Below are positions 1-11,734 of a DNA stretch of 64,000 bases, piece after piece. This DNA is from Squalus acanthias (lineage: Eukaryota). Under the pieces are notes generated by a model. The model did no database searches. It was not told where the DNA came from and saw only the letters and a list, made by a program, of their open reading frames with translations. The number at the start of each line of letters is the position of its first letter. Position 1 is the first letter of the stretch. The stretch is from NCBI GenBank assembly GCA_030390025.1, contig CM059452.1:10106001-10170000 (forward strand), written 5' to 3'. The position numbers and the translations under genes were made by a program.

Positions 1-695
1 AAATTGCCAACGCCGTCAAATGATGGCGGGAAGACATTATCTGGGTGACAAAGTATCGGTTTGAATATAAATGAAGATGTTCAGTTTATTTCACCGACTG
101 TCACTAATCAGACTGAGGTGGTTGACGGGGGTCGGGTTTGGTTAACATTCTGCTGGGGACACACAAGGGGAAGATTTCCGCTGGTCTCTCTGTGAAAATC
201 TCCTCTGATAGTTGCTTTAGCGAAAACGTAAACGCATTTACAGTTTGGATAGAAATAGCGAGCAGAGGAAATATACAGCACAGAGCGGAGAGTTCAGTGT
301 AAAATGTTTGAGGAGCATGAACCTAATGCTCTCGGTGAGCCGTCACACACCGACAGAAATTAAACAAACACTCAGTGTGAGCGATTCGGTCCCATTAAAT
401 AAATCCCTAAACCTCAGCAAAGCTGAAGCTTTCCTCACACCCGAGACTCCGCTCACTGAGTGACTGATTCCACCCTCAGATACGTCAAGCTGTGGCTCAA
501 AGGGCTTCAGGTGACCCATGACGCTCATTTGAATCTCAACTGAATATATCGGCGGGTGGATTGGAGATTGCGTCATTGGAGGGAAACAATGAGAGCAGGA
601 AGTGACGGTGAACTAATAGAAGCCTCTGCCGGGGTCTATTCCGGTTAGGGATTGGACTTTTAACGGGACCGACAGGTTCGGGCTCGGCAGCGGCC

Positions 696-1156
696 ATGCG
701 GATATTCAGCGCCTGGGTTGTGTTCGGGGTGTTTATTGTTGGTAAGCATGAGTCCAATCATGTCGTGTTCAAACTAAAGTGTTAATATTATTTCACTAAC
801 ACCATTTGATACTTGATCTTATCTTGTGCCTGAACACATGTTACAGATCAGAGTGATGGAGATTCTGTTACTCAGTCCCAGTCTTCAGTGATCATCAGAG
901 AAGGTGAAGCGCTGACTATAAGATGTACCTATAGTACCGCAGCCAACTACTATTATTTATATTGGTACCGGCAGCAGCCAGAGAAGGAGCCCCAGTTTGT
1001 TGTGTGGAGACGGTCTTCGGACACACGGAAAGAGAATGGAGAAGGTTTCAGACGCCGTTTTTATGCAGAGCTCCAGACCTCGACTAAATTCATCAGTTTA
1101 ACCATCTCGGGGCTGCAGCTGACTGACGCTGCCGTGTATTACTGCGCCCTGAGACT
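696..1156 (+). CDS. TCR alpha/delta-type V segment V1 (family A), apparently intact
   Basis: Leader exon 696-741 (MRIFSAWVVFGVFIV, GTAAG donor); V exon 847-1156 in frame (DSVTQ...TIRC...LYWYRQ...DAAVYYCALRL); RSS CACAGTG 1157-1163, 23-bp spacer, ACAAAAACT 1187-1195. Confidence 0.93.
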
Positions 1157-1444
1157 CACAGTGATGGAAAGCAGTCTCAGCCCTGTACAAAAACTGCCAA
1201 TGGACTGTAGGGCTAAGCTCCTGTCTGTTGAGGTTGTGTGGAATCGCGGCAGATGCAGCCACAATGTGCAGCGCGCTGTCAGGCGCTCAAACACACGCCG
1301 AGAGGAAACCAAATTAACCTCGGATCAAACTGTCATCCAACTGTTTCCAGGAGCGGCCGAGAAAACAAACAGCAGAATCCAATCGGCCCGAAAGATCGAT
1401 CACAGAATGAACCGACCGGTTAAACTGTCCTTTCTGGTTTGATC

Positions 1445-1820
1445 TTTAGACGTAGAGAAGATGTTTCCACTTGCGTGCAAGACAAGAACACGAGGCCATG
1501 AATTAATCACTGATAATTCCAAAAAGGGAATTCAGGTGAAACCTCTTTACCCAGAGAGGGGTTAGAATGTGGAACTCGCTCCACTGGGAGTGGTTGAAAC
1601 AAATCGGAAGATTCGAGTCATCCTTACCGGCAATAAATAGAATGGATTCATTTAAGCTGATGCTCGGTAAGCACATTAGGGAAGAAAGGAACAGAAATAT
1701 ATGTTGATGCGGTTAAATGAAGCGGGATGGGAGGACGCTCGTGTGGAGCATAAACACCGACACGGACCTGTTGGGCCGAATGGCCTGTTTCTGTGCAGTA
1801 AATACTTTCTTATACTTTAT
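1445..1820 (+). mobile_element. Degenerate CR1 LINE 3' fragment
   Basis: Resembles the end of ORF2 and the 3' UTR (gggccgaatggcctgtttctgtgc) of the other CR1 copies here. Confidence 0.65.
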
Positions 1821-2506
1821 AAACAGAGACATGTTCTAGTTCAGCAATAACTGAGACTGAGTCTAATGTAATGTAAACAGAGACTTGGTCCAGTGTTGTA
1901 ATAACAGAGACTGTGCTGCTGCAATATATACAGAGACATGGTCTAGTGCAGTAAAAACTGAGTCAGGACCGAGCATAATATAATCAGTGCCATGCATATA
2001 CCTACAGCAAACATTTCGGGTGTGCTCATTTCAGTTGTTCCTCTTAACCAGATGTGAGTTAGTGAACCCAGTGGACATTAGGACCCTGCGGTCGACCAAC
2101 CGGCGGTGCTGTGAGGTCATGTTTGTGTGACGTGCTGTCGGCCATGTATGTGTGACGTGTAGTCGGGCATGTTTGTGTGATGAAATGTTAGCAATGCTTT
2201 TGAGACGTACTGGCGGCCGCGTTTGTGTAACGTCCCGTTACGTGAACCAATGTTTATTTAAATAAAACAACACCGTTCAAATGAAACATGACTTCAATTC
2301 CCACAAATGGAAAAGTCTCCCTTTCTTAATAAAAAGTTGAAAATTTGCGAAACAGATAAAGACAGATAGCGACGATTAAAGTGGTTGGCGAGTTGCGTAT
2401 GTGCGAACAGTGCTCCCATGGAGCAGCGCGGCGTATGTTCTATATACGGCCTTTTCTGGGTCGCTTTGCAGTGTGGGAAGCTCTGTCCTTGATGTCTGCT
2501 TAAATC

Positions 2507-4710
2507 AACAACAACAACAACAACTTCTATTTATATAGCGCCTTTAACATAGTAAAACGTCCCAAGGCGCTTCACAGGAGTATTATGAGACAAAAAAATG
2601 GTACTGAGCCACATAATGAGAAATTACGGCAGGTGACGAAAAGCTTGGTCAAAGAGGTAGGTTTTAAGGAGCGTATTAAAAGAAGAAAGAGAGGTAGAGA
2701 GGCGGAGAGGTTCAGGCAGGGAATTCCAAAGCTTAGGGCCTAGGCAACAGAAGGCACGGCCACCAATGGTTGAGCGATTAGAATCAGGGATGCTCAAGAG
2801 GGCAGAATTAGAGGAGTGCAGATTTCTCGGGGGGTTGTGGGTTTGAAGGAGATTACAGACACAGGGAGGGGCGAGGCCAAGGAGGGATTTGAAAACAAAG
2901 ATCTGAATTTTGAAATCGAGCCGTTGCTTAACCGGGAGCCAATGTAGGTCAGCGAGCACAGGGGTGATAGGTGAATGGGACTTGGTGTGAGTTAGGACAG
3001 GGGCAGCCGAGTTTTGGATGACCTCAAGTTTGCGTAGGGAAGAATATGGGAGGCCAGCCAGGAGTAGTTGGAATAGTCAAGTCTAGAGGTAACAAAGGCA
3101 TGAATGAGGGTTTCAGCAGCGGAGGAGCTGAGGCAAGGGCGGACACGGCCGATGTTACGGAGGTGGAAATAGGCGGTCTTAGTTATGCTGTGGATATGTG
3201 GTCGGAAGCTTATTTCAGGGTCAAATATATCACCAATGTTGCAAACAGTGTAGTTCCGCCTCAGACAGATGTTAGGGAGAGGGATGGAGTCAGTGGCTAG
3301 GGAACGGAGTTTCTGCCGGGGACTGAAAACAATGGCTTCGGTCTTCACAATATTTAATTGGAGCAAATTTCTGCTCATCCAGAAGTGGATGTCGGACAAG
3401 CAGTCTGAGAATTTAGAGACCATGGAGGGTTCGAGAGAAGTGGTAGTGAGGTAGAGCTGGGTGTCGTCAGTTTACATGCGGAAACTGACGCTGTATTTCG
3501 GATGATGTCGCCAAGGGGTAGCATGTAAATGAGAAATAGCAGGGGGCCAAGGATAGATCCTTGGGAGACATCAGAGGTAACGATGCGGAAGCAGAAAGAA
3601 CAGCCATTGCAGGTGATTCTCTGGCTACGATTAGATAGCTAGAAATAGAACCAGGCGAGTGCAGTCCCACCAGCTGGACGACGGTGGAGAGGCGTTGGAG
3701 AAGGATGGAGTGGTAAAACGTGTCAAAGGCTGAAGATAATTCAAGAAGGGCGAGGAGGGATAAATTACCTTTGTCACAGTCACAAAGGATGTCATTTGTG
3801 ACTTTGATGAGAGCCGTTTCGGTACTGTAGCTAAGGCAGAAACCTTGATTGGAGGGATTCAAACATGGCGTTGCGGGAAAGATGGGCACGGATTTTGGAG
3901 GCGACAATACATTCAAGGACTTTGGAGAGGAAAGGGAGTTTGTAAATGGGGCAGAGGTTGCAAGGACTGGGGTGTTAAGGGCATTTTTGAGGAGAGGTGT
4001 GATGACTGAAGATTTGAGGGAGAGGGGGACAGTACCTGAGGAGAGAGAACCGTTAACAATATCATCTAACATGGGAACCAGAAAAAGAAGTTGGGTGGTC
4101 AACAGTTCAGTGGGAATACAATCGAGGAAGCAGGAAGTGGGTCTCATGGACAAGATGAGCGCGGAGAGATCATGAGGGGAGATCTGAGAGAAATTGGAGA
4201 ATGATGTGAGTTCAGGGCTAGGGCAGGAACCTTAGAGGAAGTTGGCCCGGTGGGCTAGGGGAAGGAAGGGAAATGGCAGAGGCGACTGAACGGATGGTCT
4301 CAATCTTAGCTACAAAGAAGTCCATGAGCTCCTCACACTTGTTGCCAGAGTTGAGGGTGGAGGAGACAGGGGAGAGGAGTTTAAGAAGACGGTTAACAGT
4401 GGAGAATAGAAGCCGGGGTTTATCTTTGCATTCCAGAATGGAATAGTGAGCAATTTTGGCAGACGAGAGCACGATCCGGTAATGCTTTACATGGTCCAGC
4501 CAGATCTGGCAGTGAATGGCTAAGCCAGTTGTCCGCCATATCCGTTCAAGTCTGCGTCCCTTGGACTTAAGGGAGCGAAGATGAGAGCCGTACCAGGGCG
4601 AACGGCCAGGGTGAGAGAGTGTAATTCTTTTAATAGGGACTAGGGCATCAAAGGTGGCGGTGAGGGTGTTGTTGAGCAGATCGGTAGCTACAGAAATGTC
4701 AGCGTGTGAG
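2507..4710 (-). mobile_element. L2-clade LINE, 5'-truncated and frameshifted
   Basis: Broken RT ORFs (STETALIKVTND...LLELSSAFDT; HAFVTSRLDYSN; LHWLPVKQRLDFKI) typical of L2; 3' end aaaggcgctatataaat followed by a (GTT)n tail. Confidence 0.88.
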
Positions 4711-5245
4711 CCAACTGAACCAGTGAATGACAATTTATTCCAGCCTCCCGAGAGGAAACTGCTACACGGACAAAGCTCTCATTAAATATCCGGTTTCGAT
4801 GGAATATACGGGATGAAATAACACACACAGGCAGATTATGGGAACCAGATCCTGTCCTATTAACGGAGCGACCAGCAGGAAGTTTCTGGCGTTGTCAGCA
4901 ACCTCTTTCTCGGAGCTGATCTGAACATCGATCCGTGACTTTAAGGGAAAACAGCTGATCAGAAGCAGAAAGGACAGTTTAACCGGTCGGTTCATTCTGT
5001 GCTCGATCTTTCGGGCCGATTGGATTCTGCAGTTTGTTTTCTCGGCCGCTCCTGGAAACAGTTGGGTGACAGTTTGATCCGAGGTTAATTTGGTTTCCTC
5101 TCGGTGTGTGTTTGAGCGCCTGACAGCGCGCTGCTCATTGTGGCTGCATCTGCCCGCGATTCCACACAACCCCAACAGACAGGAGCTCCGCCCTACAGTC
5201 CAATGGCAGTTTTTGTACGGGGTGAGACTGCTTTCCATCACTGTG

Positions 5246-5711
5246 AGTCCCAGAGAGCGCAGTAATACACGGCAGCGTCAGTCAGCTGCAGCCCGGAGAT
5301 GGTTAAACTGGTGAATTTAGTCGAGGTCTTGAGCTCTACAGAGAAACGGGTTTTAGCAAAAGCTGCTTTATATTTAGCACCATAAGAATCCTTCCTCAGT
5401 AAATACTCGGGCTGTGTGTCTGGGTGTTGCCGGTACCAGTATAAATAATAGCTGCTCTGTGTAGTATCATAGGTACAGCTTAAAGTCACCGCTTCTCCTT
5501 ATGTCTTAACTCCTGAGGACAGCGGCTGAGTGACAGAATGTCCAAGACTCAGATCTGAAAAACATGTTCAAACAGGAAAAGATCAGACCGGCGGGTGTTT
5601 AAAATTCAGATTCAAATCATGTTAGAAATGAGAGAAAAGATGAAATGTGTTTGGTCCACAATTACCTGTCAGAAATGCCCCCCACACAGCCCAGATGCTG
5701 AGTAGCCGCAT
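5246..5711 (-). pseudogene. V segment V2 (family B), in-frame stop
   Basis: Leader 5711-5666 (MRLLSIWAVWGAFLT); V exon 5554-5246 ending YYCALWD; TAA at 5501-5499 in FR1 (GAA in paralogs); RSS CACAGTG 5245-5239, 22-bp spacer, ACAAAAACT 5216-5208. Confidence 0.9.
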
Positions 5712-6234
5712 TGTCGCTGTCTGCTCTGTAAAAGGGGGATTGGATATTTGAAGACACCCGTTCTAAACCCCGCCCTCAATAATCTGCTGTCGTGTCTCAG
5801 GATGCTCTCACCTCACTTCCTTGTGTCCCCAGTGGTGCTGTGAGACCGGTAGGTGGTGAGCTGGCTGTCAGTGAATGGAAACACCCCGAGCTGGGCTACA
5901 GTCAGTGTCCTTATACGGGTATGGTTCCGCTTTTAGAGACCGGGTTGGGAAAGAGACCCTTCTCTGGTTCTTGTGACCGTGAAGCACAGGATTGTTAATC
6001 GGGTTTGGGTTTGGAATTGATCCGGGGTCAATTCGTTCTCCATAATTCCGTTAATTTTACCGTCAGGTCACTGGTAACCGTGACTCCAGTGAACTTTCCT
6101 TCACGGCTCAGAGAACTAACAATGATTCTCTATTTTGTTGGAGTGATTTGTAGATCCGTGATATTAGAACGATGACGTCTGCTGTTACAGAACAAACAAT
6201 TCAACAGACTTAAACAATAAACTCTCCCTGTAAT

Positions 6235-6365
6235 TTAAATGCATTACAATTTCCTACATTACAACAGTGACTGCACTTCAAAAAGTACTTCAGTGGCTGG
6301 AAAGCGCTTTGGGACGTCAGATGGTCGTGAAAGGCGCTATATAAATGCAAGTCTTTCTTTTTTTT
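6235..6365 (+). mobile_element. SINE 3' tail fragment with L2-type end
   Basis: gggacgtc...gtgaaaggcgctatataaatgcaagtctttc, like the L2 3' end; absent at the paralogous site near 39710. Confidence 0.65.
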
Positions 6366-6659
6366 AAATATCGTACTGAGCACTGCCCCTTCTGTGCTTT
6401 GCGTTTAAAATGTTTTTTAAATTCTATCAGGTGAGTTGTGACCTGCTTAGGGCCTGTAATAATTAATTGAAGCAGCCATAATCTTCAGATTTTGGATTTG
6501 CAATGAGAGAGAATGGAGGGAGCGGCGCTGTTCAGCACTTTACCGCTCATCTATATGATGTGCCTGGGGTCAGAGCGCGGGGAGCGGGTTCTAAGCCCCC
6601 AGGGTGAGGAGTAGGGCTGGTCCTCGTCAACAAGAGCACAACACCAGCAGGGCATGAAA

Positions 6660-7942
6660 AACATAAGAACATAATGAACAGGAGCAGGAGTAGGCCAATC
6701 GGCCCTCGAGCCTGCTCCGCCAATCGGCCCTCGAGCCTGCTCCGCCAATCGGCCCTCGAGCCTGCTCCGCCATTCAATAAGATCATGGCTGATCCAATCT
6801 AGGCCTCAACACCACTTTCCCGCTCTCTCCCCACACCCCTTGACTCCCTTGTAGTTCAAATGTCTGTCAATCTCCGCCTTGAATATATTCAATGACTCCG
6901 CCTCCACAGCTCTCTGGGTAGAGAATTCCAAAGATTCACGACCCTCTGAGAGAAGAAATTCCTCCTCATCTCCGTCTTAAATGGGCAACCCCTTATTCTG
7001 AAACTATGCCCCCTAGTTCTAGATACCCCCACTAGGGGAAACATCCTCTCAGCATCTACCCTGTCAATCCCCCTCAGAATCTTATATGTTTCAATAAGAT
7101 CACCTCTCACTCTTCTAAACTCCAATGAGTATAGGCCCAACCTGCTCAACCATTCCTCATACGTCAACCCCTTCACCCCAGAAATCAACCCAGTGAACCT
7201 TCTCTGCACTGCCCCCAATGCAGGTATATCCTTCCTTAAATATGGAGACCAAAACTGTACGCAGTACTCCAGGTGCGGTCTCACCAGCGCCCTGTAAAGT
7301 TGCATCAGAACTTCCCAACTTTTATACTCCATACCCCTTTCAATAAAGGCCAACATTCCATTAGCCTTCCTAATTAGTTGCAGTACTGCATACTAACTTT
7401 TTGTGTTTCATGTACTAGGACCGCCAGATCCATTTGTACCGCAGCATTTTGTAGTCTCACTCCATTTAAATAATAATTTGCTTTTTCATCCTTCCTTCCA
7501 AAGGGGATAACCCACATTATACTCCATCTGCCAAATGTTTGCCCACTCACTTAACCTATCTATATCCCTTTGCAGACTCTTTGTGTCCTCTTCACAACTT
7601 GCTAACCCACCTATATTTGTATCATCAGCAAATTTGGCTACAGTACACACGGTCCCTTCCTCCAAGTCATTAATATAGATTGTATTAATATAGATTGTAA
7701 ATAGTTGAGGCCCCAGCACTGATCCCTGTGGCACTCCACTGGTTACTGATTGCCAACTGGAAAATGACCCATTTATCCCGACTCTCTGTTTTCTGTTAGT
7801 TAGCCACTCCCATGCCAATATATTACCCCCAACCCCGTGCCCTCTTATCTTGTGCAGTAACCTTTTATGTGGCACCTTATCGAATGCCTTCTGGGAATCC
7901 AAATACACTACATCTACTGGTTCCCCTTTATCCACCCTCTTT
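6660..7942 (-). mobile_element. CR1 LINE, 5'-truncated
   Basis: RT motifs (VVYLDSQKAFDKVPH, SGVPQGSVLGP, KFADD, LVRPHLEYCVQFW); 3' UTR with a ~25-bp triplication at 6693-6771. Confidence 0.93.
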
Positions 7943-8850
7943 GTATTATTAGAAAAGGCTGTAGCACAGAAGAAACAAACACAATACAGGCGGTTTCGGT
8001 TTGTCGTTCGCCCCATTAACATCGATCTCCATCATCGGTACAGTTAATGGCTTCAGAAATCAGATCTCAAGGTGTCTTTCATTCACATTTTAATATTCCT
8101 TTCCCCATCTTCCACACCCTTTCACTCACTGGTCCTGCCCACTGGTTAGTATCAGAACTCAATCCTTCGATATGATGGATGCATTTTTGTGATGATTATT
8201 TGCCCGATGAACCGTCCCAGCCCATTGTGGATTTCAAATATTAAACTTCTATTTACTCCAACATTTGCACAACTATTGGAGAAACAGCATTTAACTCACT
8301 GCCCGGGGTCTGATGCAGAAAAGGAATATTGGGACCTGACGCCCTCTGGTGGATATTCTGAGAACTGTTCAGATGTCGGTGGACAGGGTGCGAGAAATGC
8401 TGTGTTTATTCAGTGACCGGTCTGCAGTTCCTGATTATGGGAAGCTGGGTTCTGAATTAATATGCCGCACAGCAGCAAAGGTTTTACATCGTTAAATTAA
8501 AGACTGGAAGAAGAAAGTTCATACGATTAGTAAAGAGTGGAGACAGGAGATGAGAAGAGACAGGCAGGCACGGAAATTGCATCGAAAGACAAAAGGTGAG
8601 CTGTGGCACCACAGACATGATTTCTGAAGTCCATTTTTAGTACAAATGCGAGTTCAAATCACAAACTAATATAATTCCGCCAGGGGACCTCATCTGTTTT
8701 TGTTGAGTGCTGTGTTTTTTGACCTTTTACGAAGGTTCCTGTGACTCTCACTGTGGAGGCTGAATTATTGCTTCTGGTTATCGGTGTGAGAGCGCCCTCT
8801 AGTGATCACTAACTGGAACTCTCAGTGTGGGTTTTTGTACGCTCGGAAGG

Positions 8851-8940
8851 TTGAATAGTTAAAATTAATGCTCATTGAGGTTCCTTCCGGATATTGGGCT
8901 TCTGTTGGCCACTGCTCGACGGAGTCTCCAGAACTCAGTC
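8851..8940 (-). pseudogene. V relic V3 (family F, FR1 only) fused to an orphan family-D nonamer and flank
   Basis: Similar to 47875-47963 (LSSGDSVEQWPTEAQYPEGTSMSINFNYS); ends just before nonamer ACAAAAACC at 8838-8830. Confidence 0.8.
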
Positions 8941-8984
8941 CTGCAGAAAACATTCCTGGTTACCCATGGAAACAGAATGAAAGT

Positions 8985-9872
8985 GAGTGTGAGTGCCCTT
9001 GATATCAAGGCAGCATTTGACCGAGTGTGGCATCAAGGAGCCCTAGTAAAACTGAAGTCAATGTGAATCGGGGAGAAAACTCTCCACTGGCAAGAGTCAT
9101 ACCTAGCACAAAGGAAGATGGTTGTGGTGGTTGGAGGTCAATCATCACAACCCCAGGACATCGCTGCAGGAGTTCCCCAGGCAGTGTCCTAAGCCCCTCA
9201 TTAATAACCTTCCCTCCAACATAAGGTCAGAAATGGGGATGTTCGCTAATGACTGCACAGTGTTCAGTGCCATTGGCAACTCCTCAGACAATGAGGCATT
9301 CCATGCCCGCATGCAACAAGACATGGACGACATTCAGGCTTGGGCTGATAAATGGCAGGTAAAATTCGTGCCACACAAGAGCAAGACAATGACTAGCGAG
9401 TGTCTAACCACTCCCCCTTGACATTCTACGGCATTACCATCGCCGAATCCCCCACCATCAACATCCTGGCGTGTCACCATTAACCAGAAACTTAACTGGA
9501 CCAGCCACATAAATACTGTGGCAACAAGAGCAGGTTAGAGGCTAGGTATTCTGCGGCGAGTGTCTCACCTCCTGAATCATCAAAACCTTTCCACCATCTA
9601 CAAGGCACAATTAAGGAGTGTGATGGAATACTCTCCACTTGCCTGAATGAATGCAGCTCCAACAACAATCAAGAAGCTCGACACCATCCAGGACAAAGCA
9701 GCCCGCTTGTTTGGCACCCCATCCACCACCTTAAACATTCACTCCCTCCACCACCAGCGTACCGTGGCAGCAGTGTGTACCATCGACAAGATGCACTGCA
9801 GCAACTCGCCAAGCTTCTTCGGCAGCACCTCCGAAACCCTCTACCACCTGGAAGGACAAGGGCAGCAGGCGC
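8985..9872 (+). mobile_element. Non-LTR retrotransposon RT fragment (CR1-related, distinct subfamily)
   Basis: ALDIKAAFDRVWHQG, MFANDC, QAWADKWQ motifs; same family as 56115-56940. Confidence 0.8.
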
Positions 9873-9879
9873 ATATGTC

Positions 9880-10000
9880 TGCGTGTGTACTTATGCGTGT
9901 GTATCTGTCAGTGTGTATATATATCAGTGTGTATGTATGTGTATATGCCTGTGTGGCTGTGTGTGTGTGTGTGTGTGTGTGTATGTCACTGTGCGTGCGT
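9880..10000. repeat. (TG)n-rich microsatellite
   Basis: Direct sequence; paralogous tract at 49215-49405. Confidence 0.85.
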
Positions 10001-10236
10001 GTTTCCAATGCACTACGTCAAGCTTGTACTGTCCGCAGGAGGGCGCTCTCTGATCATTTTTCAAAGAACCTGATCCGCATCTACAGGAAGTGGCTGTTCA
10101 GAGCGGTAAAAATGGGCGGGGAGAGGAAAGCCCAGCCGATCTGATGAGATCCCTGCGCTCTTTCAGTTTCTCCAATTCCAGGCCCTGGTACAGGCAGTGA
10201 TCACAGTCTCTTGTTTCTGGAGATCAGGCTGGAACC

Positions 10237-10556
10237 ATGGAGGTGAAACTCTGCCTGATTCTGGTTATTGTCCTGATCACAGGTCGGTGATATTGGAACC
10301 ATCCTACAATATTCTCCAATCCCCATCTCCATCTCCGGGAGATTATTCTCTTTCTGTTACTCTGTCTAACCCGCTGTGTGCCCGCTGTTTATTTTCAGAG
10401 ATGAGTAACGGAGACTCGGTGTCCCAGTCAGAACAAGGAGTCGCATCAGAAGAGGATGCAGATTCAGCAATAACCTGCAGTTACTTTGTATCGGGTTCAG
10501 CTACAATCTATGGCCTCTTCTGGGATCGCCAGTATTCCCACCAAGCGCCTAAGTAG
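10237..10556 (+). pseudogene. V segment V4 (family G), truncated in FR2
   Basis: Leader 10237-10282 (MEVKLCLILVIVLIT); V exon from 10399 (DSVSQ...ITCSY...LFWDRQ) ends at TAG 10554-10556 and runs into a GA/GACA repeat; no RSS. Confidence 0.85.
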
Positions 10557-10584
10557 TTACGAGTTTATCAGAGTAAGTAACACC

Positions 10585-10770
10585 GAAACAAAGACAGAGA
10601 GAGATAGAGAGAGGGAGGCGGAGAGAAAAGGAGAAAAAAGACACCGAATTAAATAGAGTGAGCGACAGTGAGACACAGATAGAGAGAGAGGCAGAGAACC
10701 ACAGATAGGTAGATAGAGACAGAGAGACAGACAGACAGAGCGAGAGAGAGAGACAGAGGGAGCGAGAGAC
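10585..10770. repeat. GA/GACA low-complexity repeat
   Basis: Direct sequence. Confidence 0.85.
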
Positions 10771-11020
10771 TCACTCACATAACTAGAAAAGGAAAGGGTT
10801 TGCAGGGAGACGTCAGTAATTGGTCCATAACTAAGACTGATTGGTGCACAGCTGGTGTCAGTTCTGAGAGATCAGCCAATCCTGTCCCTGGGAAACGCCG
10901 CTCAGTCTCCCAATAAGTGCAGACTGCCCCTGATCTGAGTTTATTCTTTAATGTCAGACTAGAAGGGCCAACATATTTAAAACGATCTGCTATTTTCTGT
11001 CTAATTCTAAACCAGACACC

Positions 11021-11453
11021 ATGTGCTCCCCGTGCTCCTTAATGATAATAATGATCGTGCTTTCCGGTGAGTCTATGTTTAAAGGGTCAGTGTGTGTTCC
11101 AAGGGTTATACTTACTCCCAGACTTTTCACACATTCTGTGTTTTGTTACAGGAACGAGTGGCAAAGACTCAGTGTCCCAGGATCCGTCTGAATTAACGGT
11201 TCAGGAAGGAAAAAAACATAATATTGAACTGCAGTTACTCGGCAGCTGCTCCAACTTTGTTCTGGTACATCCAGTATCCCGGGGAAGCTCCGAGATATTT
11301 ACTGAGGATATATAGCTCGGGGACGGTAGACCGGTCTCCTGATTTCCCAGGCAGGTTCTCTGCTGTTTTCCACAGAGACAGCAAAACGGTTCCTTTAAAT
11401 ATCACCGCGGTTCTTGTCTCCGACAGCGCCGTGTATTTCTGTGCCATGAGCCC
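11021..11453 (+). pseudogene. V segment V5 (family H), +1 frameshift in an A run (possible assembly error)
   Basis: Leader 11021-11066; V exon from 11152; one extra A in 11210-11216; remainder open to VYFCAMSP; RSS CACACTG 11454-11460, 24-bp spacer, ACAAAAACC 11485-11493. Confidence 0.85.
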
Positions 11454-11734
11454 CACACTGCTGCAGAGATATAGCGGATCCCGAACAAAAACCCACACTG
11501 AGAGTTCCAGTTAGTGATCACCAGAGGGCGCTCTCACCCCGATAAGCAGCAGCGATAATTCAGCCTCCACAGTGAGAGTCACAGGGAGATTCTTAACAGA
11601 GCGACATGTCACAACACTCAACAAGAACAGGTCAGGTGCACTTGGGGATTTTTTTTAGGTGATTTCAACTCATATTTATAATAAAAATGAACTTCACAAA
11701 TCATGTCTGTGGCGCCTTAGCTCCCCTTTTGTCC

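Noticed and set aside
1157-1442. C-terminal extensions of V ORFs beyond YYC (also ORFs 4762-5241, 38136-38672, 54663-55097)
   Set aside because: Read-through into the RSS and duplicated flank; frames differ between copies
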